A stretch of 17,653 bases of DNA, taken from the IMG/VR virus record IMGVR_UViG_2526164631_000015, positions 1 through 17,653 of that record, one strand, 5' to 3'. A program made the position numbers and the translations under genes. Origin of the DNA: a virus (Duplodnaviria > Heunggongvirae > Uroviricota > Caudoviricetes). The notes beneath the pieces were generated by a model that saw nothing but the letters and a program-made list of their open reading frames with translations, was not told the origin of the DNA and did not search any database. Below, in pieces: positions 1 to 8,088 of the stretch. Every line of letters starts with the position of its first letter. Positions within the stretch are counted from its first letter, which is position 1.

Positions 1-256
1 AATTAAATTCGTGTTTCGGCTTGACGTAGCCCGGACGTAACACGCGGGTTTCACCACCGCGATGACGCAGCACTTTTCCTTCAACAACCGGGGAGACATA
101 GGCCGCCACCGGCGTTTTTCCGGTAATTTTGTCCAGCATCACCTCTTCGGTATGGAAATTCACCGTACGGCGGAAAAACAGCTCCAGAAACAGCGCACGA
201 AATTTCACTTTTTGTTCGGTATAACCGAGTAACTGGCGGGTCGTAAACAATCCCAT
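1..256 (-). CDS. E: Major capsid protein, N-terminal part (lambda gpE homolog); gene continues beyond the window start
   Basis: Minus-strand ORF with ATG at 254-256 and an AAAGGAA Shine-Dalgarno upstream. Translation MGLFTTRQLLGYTEQKVKFRALFLELFF...PGYVKPKHEFN aligns by eye with the lambda gpE N-terminus (MSMYTTAQLLAANEQKFKFDPLFLRLFF...PGYVKPKHEVN). Not in the ORF track because it runs off the window edge. Confidence 0.85.
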   Translation of the reverse strand, partial: MGLFTTRQLLGYTEQKVKFRALFLELFFRRTVNFHTEEVMLDKITGKTPVAAYVSPVVEGKVLRHRGGETRVLRPGYVKPKHEFN

Positions 257-284
257 AAATCAGTTCCTTTCATTCAGAAATCAG

Positions 285-306
285 TCAGGCCACCGCGGTG
301 GCCTGA
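285..306. other. 22-bp perfect palindrome (TCAGGCCACCGCGGTGGCCTGA) in the D-E intergenic spacer; strong RNA hairpin in the late transcript
   Basis: Read directly from the sequence: the segment is identical to its reverse complement. It lies between the D stop (314) and the E start (256). Confidence 0.5.
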
Positions 307-313
307 TAACGTG

Positions 314-661
314 TTACGGCAGCGCCGCGTGACTCAGGGCACTGCCGGCAAAGGCATTGGCCTTTTTGTGTTCATCCACACTTTCAGGCCAGCGGATTGC
401 CTCCGTCGCAAAGGTCCCCGACTTGTAATAGGTCAGTACCGTCTCTGTGCCTTCAAGCGGCAGTACCAGTATGCCAACCGCACTACCGGCTTTCTGTCCG
501 TCCCAGACCACCAGTTTCCCGGTGGCTTCATCCAGCATCAGGGGCGTCAGTGCCGGTGTTGCCGAGGAAATCCCGCTGCTGCCTGTGGCGGTATGAGCCG
601 GATCATTACCGGCAAAAATACGTACTTCCGCACGCTGTTCAGTGATGGTTTTCGTTACCAT
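314..661 (-). CDS. D: Head decoration protein (lambda gpD homolog)
   Basis: 115-aa ORF with an AGGAGG RBS about 10 nt upstream of ATG 659-661. Motifs DPAHTATG, TPLMLDEATGKLVVWDG, VGILV, YYKSGTF and KANAFAG match lambda gpD almost along its full length. Confidence 0.9.
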   Translation of the reverse strand: MVTKTITEQRAEVRIFAGNDPAHTATGSSGISSATPALTPLMLDEATGKLVVWDGQKAGSAVGILVLPLEGTETVLTYYKSGTFATEAIRWPESVDEHKKANAFAGSALSHAALP

Positions 662-697
662 ATTGTAAAAACCTCCTGTTGATGGTCAGCACTGACT

Positions 698-2205
698 TCA
701 TGGCATGGCCATGAGCATTTTCACGTCCGCATCACCGTCTGCTGACGTCTGTGGCACGCCACCCTGTACCGCTGCCGGTGAATGGTTCGCCATGATGCGT
801 TCAAACAGGGCGGTTGTGGATGCAGAGACCGGTTCTGCCTTACCTGATCCCGCAGCCAGCACAGCCCGGGCGCTCTCCACAGTCATTCCCGGGCAGGCAG
901 CCAGCTGTTCAGCCTGCGCCTCAGCCCCTTTTGCCTCATCCAGTGCCATGATCTGATCACGGAGTGAGGGTCCGGCATCCGCCTGCGGTGAAGCAGCCAG
1001 GATCGGGCGGGCTTTTTCCACCGTCATCTCCGGCATCGCCGCCAGCGTTGCCGCCAGTTGTTCACGACCGTTCGCTTCTTCACACGCCATAATGCGATCG
1101 GCTTCACTCTGCGTGGATGCCACCGGCTGCTGCGGTGCCGCCGCGGCCAGAATCGCCCGGGCCTGTTCAACGCTCATGCCCTGTTGTCCTGCCAGCATCG
1201 TGGCAAGCTGTTCACGTCCTTTCGCTTCCTGGCATGTCAGGATCCCCATCACTCGCTGGTTCTCCTGCGCGGCGGCTTCCGTTGCAGTTAATTGCGGCAT
1301 AGTGCCTCCTCTGACATTACTGTTCAGCGCCGTGGCCATCACACTGATGGCATCCGACGCATTGACTAATTCATCCGCCAGCCCGGCATCAATGCCGGAC
1401 TGACCTTCAAAAACGGCGGCCTCTGTTCCCGTGACGGCATCAACAGACAGACCGGTAAACATGGCCACTTTTTCGGCAAACATCCGGCGCGCCGCATCAA
1501 TGCGCTGCTGCATGTCCTGGCGAACCTCTGCCGGTAAGGCTTCAAACTGATTGCCATCCACCTTGTGCGCCCCCTGACGTAAATCAGCGTGATATCCACA
1601 CCGGCCTGCGCCAGATGACCGGCATAGCTGACATGGCTCATCATCACGCCAATGGAGCCGATACGGGATGTCTGGGTAACCAGCCGTCGGGAGCAGGCCG
1701 ACGCCAGCAGCATGGCTGCAGAACAGGCCGTGTCATTGCACAGTGCCCAGACCGGCTTCTGCTGACGGAGGCGGTAAATCATGTCAGCGCAGTCAAACGC
1801 GCCGGCGGCCTGCCCGCCCGGACTGTCAATGTCCAGCAGTATGCCCCGCACCTGGCTATCTGCCATTGCCTGCTGAAGACAGGCGACAATGCCGTCATAG
1901 CCAGTCATTCCGGAAAATGGCCGCATCCCCCCCAGCCGGTGCACCAGCGTGCCGGTCACCGGCAGTACCGCAATACCGTTCACCACCCGGTAAACACGGG
2001 CCGGTCGTTTACCTCCGGCCATGTACTCGTCCGTTTCAGCCAGCATTCCGGGAGCATCAAACTGTACCTGCTGTTGTGGTACCGAAAGACTTGATGCCCC
2101 CATCTCGCGCCCGAGCGCGCAAAAGAAAACCCGCGCATAGGCGGGCTCCAGAAGCAGCGGTTCATTGAATGCTGCGGCAATAATGTGTGAAAGATTACGT
2201 CTCAC
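698..2205 (-). pseudogene. C: Head maturation protease (S49/ClpP-like, lambda gpC homolog) with C-terminal Nu3-like scaffold region; reading frame broken near 1565-1575, giving ORFs 1366..2205 and 698..1561
   Basis: ORF 1366..2205 matches the lambda gpC N-terminal protease domain (AFNEPLLLEPAYARVFFCAL...GIAVLPV.GTLV...SGMTGY.GI...VWAL.ND...RRLVTQT...GSIGVMM...ITLIY). ORF 698..1561, in another frame, continues the gpC/Nu3 homology (VDGN...FAEKVAMFTGLSV...TEAAVF.GQ..IDAGLADELVN). The switch coincides with a run of five C on the plus strand (1570-1574). This may be a true frameshift or a homopolymer sequencing error. Confidence 0.55.
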
Positions 2206-3785
2206 GGGGTGTTGTCTCCTCTTCCGGCCTGCGACTCTCCGCTATCTGCTGCTGATACGCCTGCGCTATCCACACCGGACGTGAGAGTCCGGCTTTTTGC
2301 CGCTCAGCAGATTCCCTGACCTGCTGGCGGAAAATGTCCTGATAATCCTCGCCCATCAGCGCCAGCTCTTTCTCATACGTGCTCAGTCCGGCCTCAATGC
2401 GCATCACTGATTCCTGGACTTCCTTGAGCCCGTCAATGGCCATTCTTCCGGCTCCAATCCACTCAGCCCGTGACCAGGCTGATCGCGCCTGATAAAAATC
2501 AAAACGCGCCCGTGGCGGACGAATAATCCCCCGAAGAAGTGCCTCTTCCAGCCAGCAGGAAAACATCTGCGTGGCCAGCCGGGACGCAATAAATTTTCGT
2601 CGTCCCATAAAATAGCGCCACGACTCATTGGCGGAGGCGCGGGCACTTGAATAACTGACCTTCGAGTAATCCCGGGACAACTGTTCGTAGGAAACGCCAA
2701 GACCGGCGGCGATATACCGCAGCAGCGCCTGTTCAAGCGCCGAAAATCCATTGTCTGAATCCTGCGCGGTCTGAAGTTTCAGATCATCACCGGGGAAAAG
2801 GTGCGGAATTTTGACACCACCCAGCGTCACGCTATTCGTGTCATACCAGGTGGAGAACTTATCCAGAATATTAATAAGCGGATTATCCTTCTGCCCCTGC
2901 GGCGCACCGGCGATATATTCAAAGGCCTTTTCGGTATCAAGGTCACTTTCAATCGTCGCTGCATACATCGCCTTCACTATGGCCGACTGAAGCTGTGTTG
3001 CCTGCAGGGAATCGAGCATCTTCAGCCGTTCCATTACGCTGTAAAACTGATTGGCCCCACGGGTCTGCCCGTCCTCCACCGGCTCGAAAATATGCAGCAT
3101 GGCCGGACGCCCGGTGGAAGTTCACGCGGGATCCGTTCCCATCGTCCACTCCCGGAGACGGAAAATCATCCTCACAGATATGGTACGCAACGGCACGACC
3201 ATATCGATCGACCTCCACACCGGCCCGCAGAAAACGGTTCCCCATACCGTGTCCTGGCGTGTCCACCCGTTTCGGACTCACGGCTTTAAAACGCGTACGA
3301 AACAGTTGCGTGCTCTCCGTATCCCAGACCGGCTGCACAAAGATTTCGCCGTTAAACGCATGAACGCCCACACCTTCACGGATAAATTCCGTAAACGTGC
3401 GTTTCCCTTCCACGTCGATCTCGCCAGACATCCCTTCGGCGTATTCCGACCAGGCCGCCTCCACCTCATCGACAAAACTTTTTGCTGCAGTCTCCCGCAT
3501 CTCCAGCCAGCGCCAGTTCGGACGGTAGCTGATCAGAAACATATGCCCGACAATATGATCCTTATGCAGGGCCACCGCATTGGCCGCTATCCCGTTATTG
3601 CGCACCAGATCATCTGCACGGGCATTCCCCAGACGCAACGCGGGCAACAGGGCCGCATCGGCACTCTGCGCCGGTGGCAACCACTCCGCCATTTGCCCGC
3701 CAAATCCTGCACCGCCCCCGTTGTAGCTGAGGCTCTCCCGAAGCGGAACACCGTTCACATCAATCAGGACAGGCGTTCGTTTCAT
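2195..3785 (-). pseudogene. B: Portal protein (lambda gpB homolog), interrupted: ORFs 2949..3785 and 2195..3100 overlap in different frames
   Basis: The N-terminal ORF (MKRTPVLIDVNGVPLRE...GGGAGFGGQ...NARADDLVRNNG...HAFNGEIFVQ) and the C-terminal ORF (...HIFEPVEDGQTRGAN.FYSVME...YSSARASANESW.YFMGRRKF...MAIDGLKEVQE) each align with lambda gpB. Between about 3100 and 3160 the homology jumps frame and an in-frame TGA appears. Confidence 0.6.
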
Positions 3786-3987
3786 AACCTCACTCCCAGC
3801 GGACGACGGCGACGTCGGGTTGTCCCCAGTACCGACTCCGCATCATTGATCGCCCGGTTAAGCTCATCCAGAGAAGCCGCCGTATATTCAATTCTGCGAC
3901 CATCTTTCTGGACAGACACCACCCGTTTACCGGTAATAAATCAAGGCGCGCCTGACGCAGCGCCTGCAGTTCAGCGACTGTAACCAT
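3782..3987 (-). pseudogene. W: Head-tail joining / head completion protein (lambda gpW homolog) with an internal -1 frameshift near 3932-3940
   Basis: Frame A from ATG 3985-3987 gives MVTVAELQALRQARLDLL, like the lambda W N-terminus. A second frame gives TGKRVVSVQKDGRRIEYTAASLDELNRAINDAESVLGTTRRRRRPLGVRL, like the lambda W C-terminus ([25 protein letters not shown]...QRRRGPAGFYV), and ends in a TGA overlapping the portal ATG (ATGA). One base appears to be missing in TTATTACCGG. Confidence 0.55.
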
Positions 3988-5899
3988 TCACTCCTCCGGA
4001 CAGCTTCGCTGCCAGTTCTTTCAGGGTTGGCCGGGTCGTCTCTTCTTCCCGGGATTTTGCCAGTACAGCCAGATCAAGCTGCCAGCGTTGCACGGACACA
4101 CGTAATGCCGCGTAGGCATACACCAGGCAGTCCAGCGCTTCGTTACGCCGCTTTTTGTTATCCCACAGCAGACGCATCTTTCCTTTTTCCCACTTCTCCA
4201 CAAGCTCTTCCGCGACCAGTTGCTGCGCCTCTGTCTGCGAAAAAATCTCCGGATCATCAGGAAAACGGATGGCATACGACGTGGCTTCATCCGCAGGAGT
4301 GGGATCGGCTTTCATACGGGCATAGAGAATTTCTTTTGCGGTGTCCGTCCCCACTTCACACAGATACACGCCCCGCTGATTGCGGGTTTTCGGCATGGTG
4401 ATCACCGGCTTGCCATAGACAGATGCGCCTTTTACCGGCAGCACCCGGAAAACACCGTGTTTTTTTGACCTCTGATAGACAATTTCACCATCGATCCCCC
4501 CGGTGTCCCAGCAGACACGGGAAATGGTCATTTCGGTTCCGTCTGCATGGCAGTATTTTTTGTTGATCGCCGCATCCACACGTAACAGCGTCTCTTCCTC
4601 ATCGGGACGGCCCATAATGATGATTTTATCCACCAGAAAAGCTTCCTCTCCCGGTGCCCATCCCCAGACATACATCTCAAAACGGTTTCGCTGCGAGTCA
4701 ATGCCCGCCGTCAGATAAACCACCCGGGCAGGTACCGCCGCCGTGTAATGCACGACCTTATCCATCAGTACCTGGTGATCGAGTTTTTCGCCCACGGCTT
4801 CTTCCCAGGTCTCGCCCAGCGTGGTGTTCACAAAGGTTTTCAGGCCGTTGGGATCTTTCAGTGCATCCAGCCAGTCATAGACTATCTGTACCCAGGTGGT
4901 AAACGGACTGTACGCCGTCCAGATATGGAACGTGATGGAGCGCGGCGGCGGAATTTCATCACCCCGGGCGCTGAAAAACGTCAGACCGTCACGGGTCCAC
5001 ATGCCCGTGTTTTCACAGATCCACCGCCCGTTGCTCTGGTCCAGTTCAGACTGATGGATCACGCAGCCATGATGTTCACAGAGGTAGAAAACACTTTCGG
5101 GGCTGTCCTTCTCCCATTTAAGCCCAAAAGGCGTGGACTCATCACCAAATTTCAGATACTGCGCCTCCCCACAGTGCGGGCAGGGCACATAAAAACGCAT
5201 AAAATGCGCCGACTCGTTAGCGGCTTTTTCGATCTGGCAGGTGCCTTTGATTTTAGGCGTCGAGCCGCGAATGGATTTTGGCCACACCGACCCCTCAATA
5301 CGCTTATCCCCCAGCAGGGTTGGCGAGCCCTCTTTTTCGACATCCGGCTCGAACGAGGAAAGTTCGTCATAGCAGACCACGTCCACGGATTTTTCACGGT
5401 AGTTTTTGGCGGCAGCGCCGCCCAGGCACCAGAAACCGACGCCCGATGAAAAGCGTTTCAGCGTGAGAGTATTGTCACGATGTTTACGCCCCAGCCATGG
5501 GGAAAGGTCTTTCAGGCATGGCACGTTCCGAATCGTCGCCTCCACGTGAGACTTCATAAAATCTTCAGCGGCAGAATCCGTGGGCTGAAAAAGCAGACTG
5601 TTTCGGGATTTATGCTCAATAAAATACCCGACCACCCCCAGCAACATCTTTGTATAGCCAACACGGGCAGATTTAATCAGGTTAACCGTGCGAACCTGGT
5701 CGTTACCCATACAGTTCATAATGGCGATCTGGAATGGCAGCGTTTTCCATTCTCCCTCACCATATGAAGATTCTTTAGGCAGATAATAATTTTGATCAGC
5801 CCATTCAACTGCCGTCATTGGTACAACCCTGACCAGAGGCTGCAGCGCAACCGAAACGGCAGCCATCATATTATTCAGTTGTTGCTCTGATATATTCAT
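3971..5899 (-). CDS. A: Terminase large subunit (lambda gpA homolog)
   Basis: Long intact ORF. From the internal Met, MNISEQQLNN...TAVEWADQNYYLPKESSYGEGEWKTLPFQIAIMN...KSARVGYTKMLLGV...GGAAAKNYREKSVDVVCYDELS...GSVWPKSIRGSTPK...CPHCGE.QYLKFGD...TAYSPFTTWVQIV...NTTLGETWE...KKRRNEALDC.VYA is collinear with lambda gpA. Start chosen at ATG 5897-5899 by homology; the ORF track begins 57 nt further upstream. Confidence 0.9.
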   Translation of the reverse strand: MNISEQQLNNMMAAVSVALQPLVRVVPMTAVEWADQNYYLPKESSYGEGEWKTLPFQIAIMNCMGNDQVRTVNLIKSARVGYTKMLLGVVGYFIEHKSRNSLLFQPTDSAAEDFMKSHVEATIRNVPCLKDLSPWLGRKHRDNTLTLKRFSSGVGFWCLGGAAAKNYREKSVDVVCYDELSSFEPDVEKEGSPTLLGDKRIEGSVWPKSIRGSTPKIKGTCQIEKAANESAHFMRFYVPCPHCGEAQYLKFGDESTPFGLKWEKDSPESVFYLCEHHGCVIHQSELDQSNGRWICENTGMWTRDGLTFFSARGDEIPPPRSITFHIWTAYSPFTTWVQIVYDWLDALKDPNGLKTFVNTTLGETWEEAVGEKLDHQVLMDKVVHYTAAVPARVVYLTAGIDSQRNRFEMYVWGWAPGEEAFLVDKIIIMGRPDEEETLLRVDAAINKKYCHADGTEMTISRVCWDTGGIDGEIVYQRSKKHGVFRVLPVKGASVYGKPVITMPKTRNQRGVYLCEVGTDTAKEILYARMKADPTPADEATSYAIRFPDDPEIFSQTEAQQLVAEELVEKWEKGKMRLLWDNKKRRNEALDCLVYAYAALRVSVQRWQLDLAVLAKSREEETTRPTLKELAAKLSGGVNGYSR

Positions 5900-6380
5900 C
5901 GAGTAAATCCGGTAATTTATCCCCTGCCCGCGCACACTGATTTGCCCCCTTAGCAATAAGGGTTTTCAGATGGTCAAGATGGCGCGGTGTTAAATCAGGA
6001 AACTGTCGCTGCATGGATAAAGGGATGGAATCAAGCGTACTGGATAACGCCATTGCCAGCTTACTGAGGGCAAAAATACAGAACCCGGTGTCAATAAGTT
6101 TTCCTTTTGACACCTCATTTTTTAACTGCTGTGTAACAGCCTGTTCTGCTGTCAGTTCCCATCTGGCAATAAGCAATTTTTCCTCATAGTCGTCTTCGCT
6201 ATCGCCATCAGGCACATCGTTTTTACTTCTCCTCAGATACGATATGTAAAAATCGCGCCAGGCATCCAGATCCAGTTGCCCTCGCTTATTCGATATCGGG
6301 GCACCCGGCAATTTCTGCAATCTGCGAAGCTGGCGATCGGTCAGACTTAAATGCCTGGCAACTTCAGTCTGCGTAGCCAC
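5871..6380 (-). CDS. Terminase small subunit (Nu1-like; N-terminal HTH diverged, C-terminal half lambda Nu1-like)
   Basis: 169-aa ORF, GTG start preceded by GAGGTGAGGA. The C-terminal half (GFCIFALSKLAMALSSTLDSIPLSMQRQFPDLTPRHLDHLK...LPDLLDEYI) aligns with lambda Nu1 (AFCTFVLSRIAGEIASILDGLPLSVQRRFPELENRHVDFLK...IPGLLSEYI). Overlaps the gpA start by about 29 nt as in lambda, and the start lies about 190 bp from cosN. Confidence 0.8.
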   Translation of the reverse strand: MATQTEVARHLSLTDRQLRRLQKLPGAPISNKRGQLDLDAWRDFYISYLRRSKNDVPDGDSEDDYEEKLLIARWELTAEQAVTQQLKNEVSKGKLIDTGFCIFALSKLAMALSSTLDSIPLSMQRQFPDLTPRHLDHLKTLIAKGANQCARAGDKLPDLLDEYIRATTE

Positions 6381-6420
6381 TCCTCACCTCGCAAAAACTC
6401 TCACCTCACAATCACAACAA

Positions 6421-6526
6421 AACCGGTCATGTCCGGTTTACATGTCTGTTTTTTGTTCATGTCCGGTTCACAGAAGACCTGTTTTTATATTTTTCATATA
6501 GTTAACTTGAAGAGAAACCGGACATG
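6421..6526. repeat. cosB-like terminase-binding repeats: CATGTCCGGTT at 6428-6438 and 6458-6468 (direct) and 6516-6526 (inverted), plus a partial copy at 6441-6448
   Basis: Repeats read directly from the sequence, located between cosN and the small-terminase start, with one copy inverted as for lambda R3 versus R1/R2. Confidence 0.6.
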
Positions 6527-6563
6527 GATCCCGGAAAATTTTCATAAATAGCGAAAACCCGCG

Positions 6564-6575
6564 AGGTCGCCGCCC
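6564..6575. other. cos: cosN cohesive-end site; plus strand AGGTCGCCGCCC is the reverse complement of the lambda 12-nt cohesive end GGGCGGCGACCT
   Basis: Plus strand 6529-6575 (CCGGAAAATTTTCATAAATAGCGAAAACCCGCGAGGTCGCCGCCC) is the reverse complement of the lambda left end as I recall it. The flanking 6576-6790 resembles the lambda right end (cosQ side). Confidence 0.8.
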
Positions 6576-7086
6576 CGTAGCCTGCCGGATCGCCGGAAAG
6601 GACCCAATAAAATGATAATAATTATCATTTATATAAATACCATCACACATCCCACGTACACCATAAAACCACGACAAATAATCAATTTTGTCCAAGTCAT
6701 GCATTAATTGATCTGTGTCAACTTAACGTAAAGACATCTTAAGACAATACAAATCAGCAGCACTGAACACGGAAAAACACAATGTCATCAAAAAATAAAG
6801 CTTCCCAAACCAGATGATTAATCAAATCCATATTGCCCTTGAACGTAAGGGATCGGGTAATTTTTCGGCATGGGTTATTGAAGCCTGCAGGAGAAGGCTG
6901 GCAACAAATGCAAAGCACCTGCGCCCGGCCAGCATGAAAAATAACGAGAAATGAACGTTCGGTTACAGGAACCGGTAGCTACTGTCTTCTAACAATATTT
7001 CATCTTCATATCCGGCGAAACAAGACTTTACCCTGCAGGGATGTACTGAATAGCAACAGAGTGATAATTAACTTCTGATAAAATAA

Positions 7087-7413
7087 TCAGGGTGCTGAAG
7101 GACTAAAGATAAATGTTTTCTTCACGCCTTTACGCGGCTTGTCCTTCTCAAATCGCCATTTTGCCATCGCCTTTACAACCTGCTCATCAAACAGATGGTG
7201 CGGCTCTGAACGGATAAACTCAATTCGGGTGACAGTACCATCAGCACCAATATCAAACTTCACATCAACCCGTCCCTTTATATAATTTGCCGCGGCATAG
7301 GCCGGATATTGTGGTAATGCCTTAACCAACTGTCGAGGCATATCTGTTTTATGTTGCGTACAGCCCATAACCAAAGAAGACAACAAAATAATTAACGGAA
7401 GATTTCTTTTCAT
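7087..7413 (-). CDS. Lipoprotein with a TonB C-terminal-like domain (moron, function unknown)
   Basis: Signal peptide plus lipobox (MKRNLPLIILLSSLVMGC). Mature region PQYPAYAAANYIKGRVDVKFDIGADGTVTRIEFIRSEPHHLFDEQVVKAMAKWRFEKDKP aligns with the E. coli TonB C-terminal domain ([60 protein letters not shown]). Start taken at ATG 7411-7413; an in-frame ATG at 7426-7428 is the alternative. Confidence 0.75.
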   Translation of the reverse strand: MKRNLPLIILLSSLVMGCTQHKTDMPRQLVKALPQYPAYAAANYIKGRVDVKFDIGADGTVTRIEFIRSEPHHLFDEQVVKAMAKWRFEKDKPRKGVKKTFIFSPSAP

Positions 7414-7433
7414 TTTTATTCCCGGCATAGATA

Positions 7434-7450
7434 AGAATAAGTCTTATTCT
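7434..7450. promoter_or_regulatory. AT-rich dyad AGAATAAG-T-CTTATTCT just upstream of the TonB-C lipoprotein start, overlapping a candidate -10 (TAGAAT); Fur-box-like operator candidate
   Basis: Palindrome read directly from the sequence. Its resemblance to Fur-box hexamers (GATAAT-type) and the promoter assignment are inference. Confidence 0.35.
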
Positions 7451-8088
7451 AACAATGCAGCCCTGTCGGTCATCAATCCTCTGCTTAATGGCAATGACAA
7501 TTATCCGACTTAAATCACAAATCAGACACATGACATAACAGAGCTTGCGAGGTAACACATCGTCCGGTTTCTTCCACCATCGCACCGGACCAGCGACCAT
7601 GAGGGGACAACGCCGCGCTCCGTTAACACGGTAAACCCCGGTGTGTATCGTTTTTGATTATCCCCGCACACTCGCGCAGAGGAGTCTCCCTCTCGGGCTG
7701 TGGTCTCTGTTGATGCGGGAATACGGCGACGATACAGTGCATAGTTATGTCAGGCTAAAATGCCTTTATCAAATCTGGGTAACGCAATCTGCCATTGTTG
7801 GCTCCGGTTGTGGTGATGATGTCAAGCAAGCCCATCTTGACTATCTCAACTAGTCGATTCATGACATATGTCACATTTATACCAACCAGATCATTGCGTT
7901 GAGTTTACAACTCAATAATTCTTGGTTGGACGTCAAGTTTTGACGGTATTCGGGTGGCAGTTGATAGCAATCTTGGAACCGTCCACCTAATAGCTGCTTG
8001 TGTGGCGTTTAAATTGTGGAGTGCTCGCAACAGAACTTTTCTTTCTTGTTTGCGAGCGATGTTTAGCAACTTTTAAGAGAGTTAAGTC

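Noticed and set aside
311-5767. Numerous plus-strand ORFs overlapping the head and terminase genes (e.g. 311..682, 705..956, 1092..1403, 1615..2094, 1743..2168, 2801..3289, 3051..3983, 4027..4401, 4748..5449)
   Set aside because: They lie antisense to, or out of frame with, genes that show clear protein homology to lambda structural proteins. They are GC-rich frame artefacts with no RBS.
6468-6704. Minus-strand ORF 6468..6704 (78 aa)
   Set aside because: It spans cosN and the cosB/cosQ region, is AT-rich and low-complexity, and would be cut by terminase cleavage; it is not a plausible gene.
7349-7853. ORFs 7349..7600 (-) and 7641..7853 (+)
   Set aside because: The first overlaps the lipoprotein gene start and its promoter region. 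The second begins with GTG, has no RBS and reads like translated non-coding sequence. Neither has a recognisable motif.
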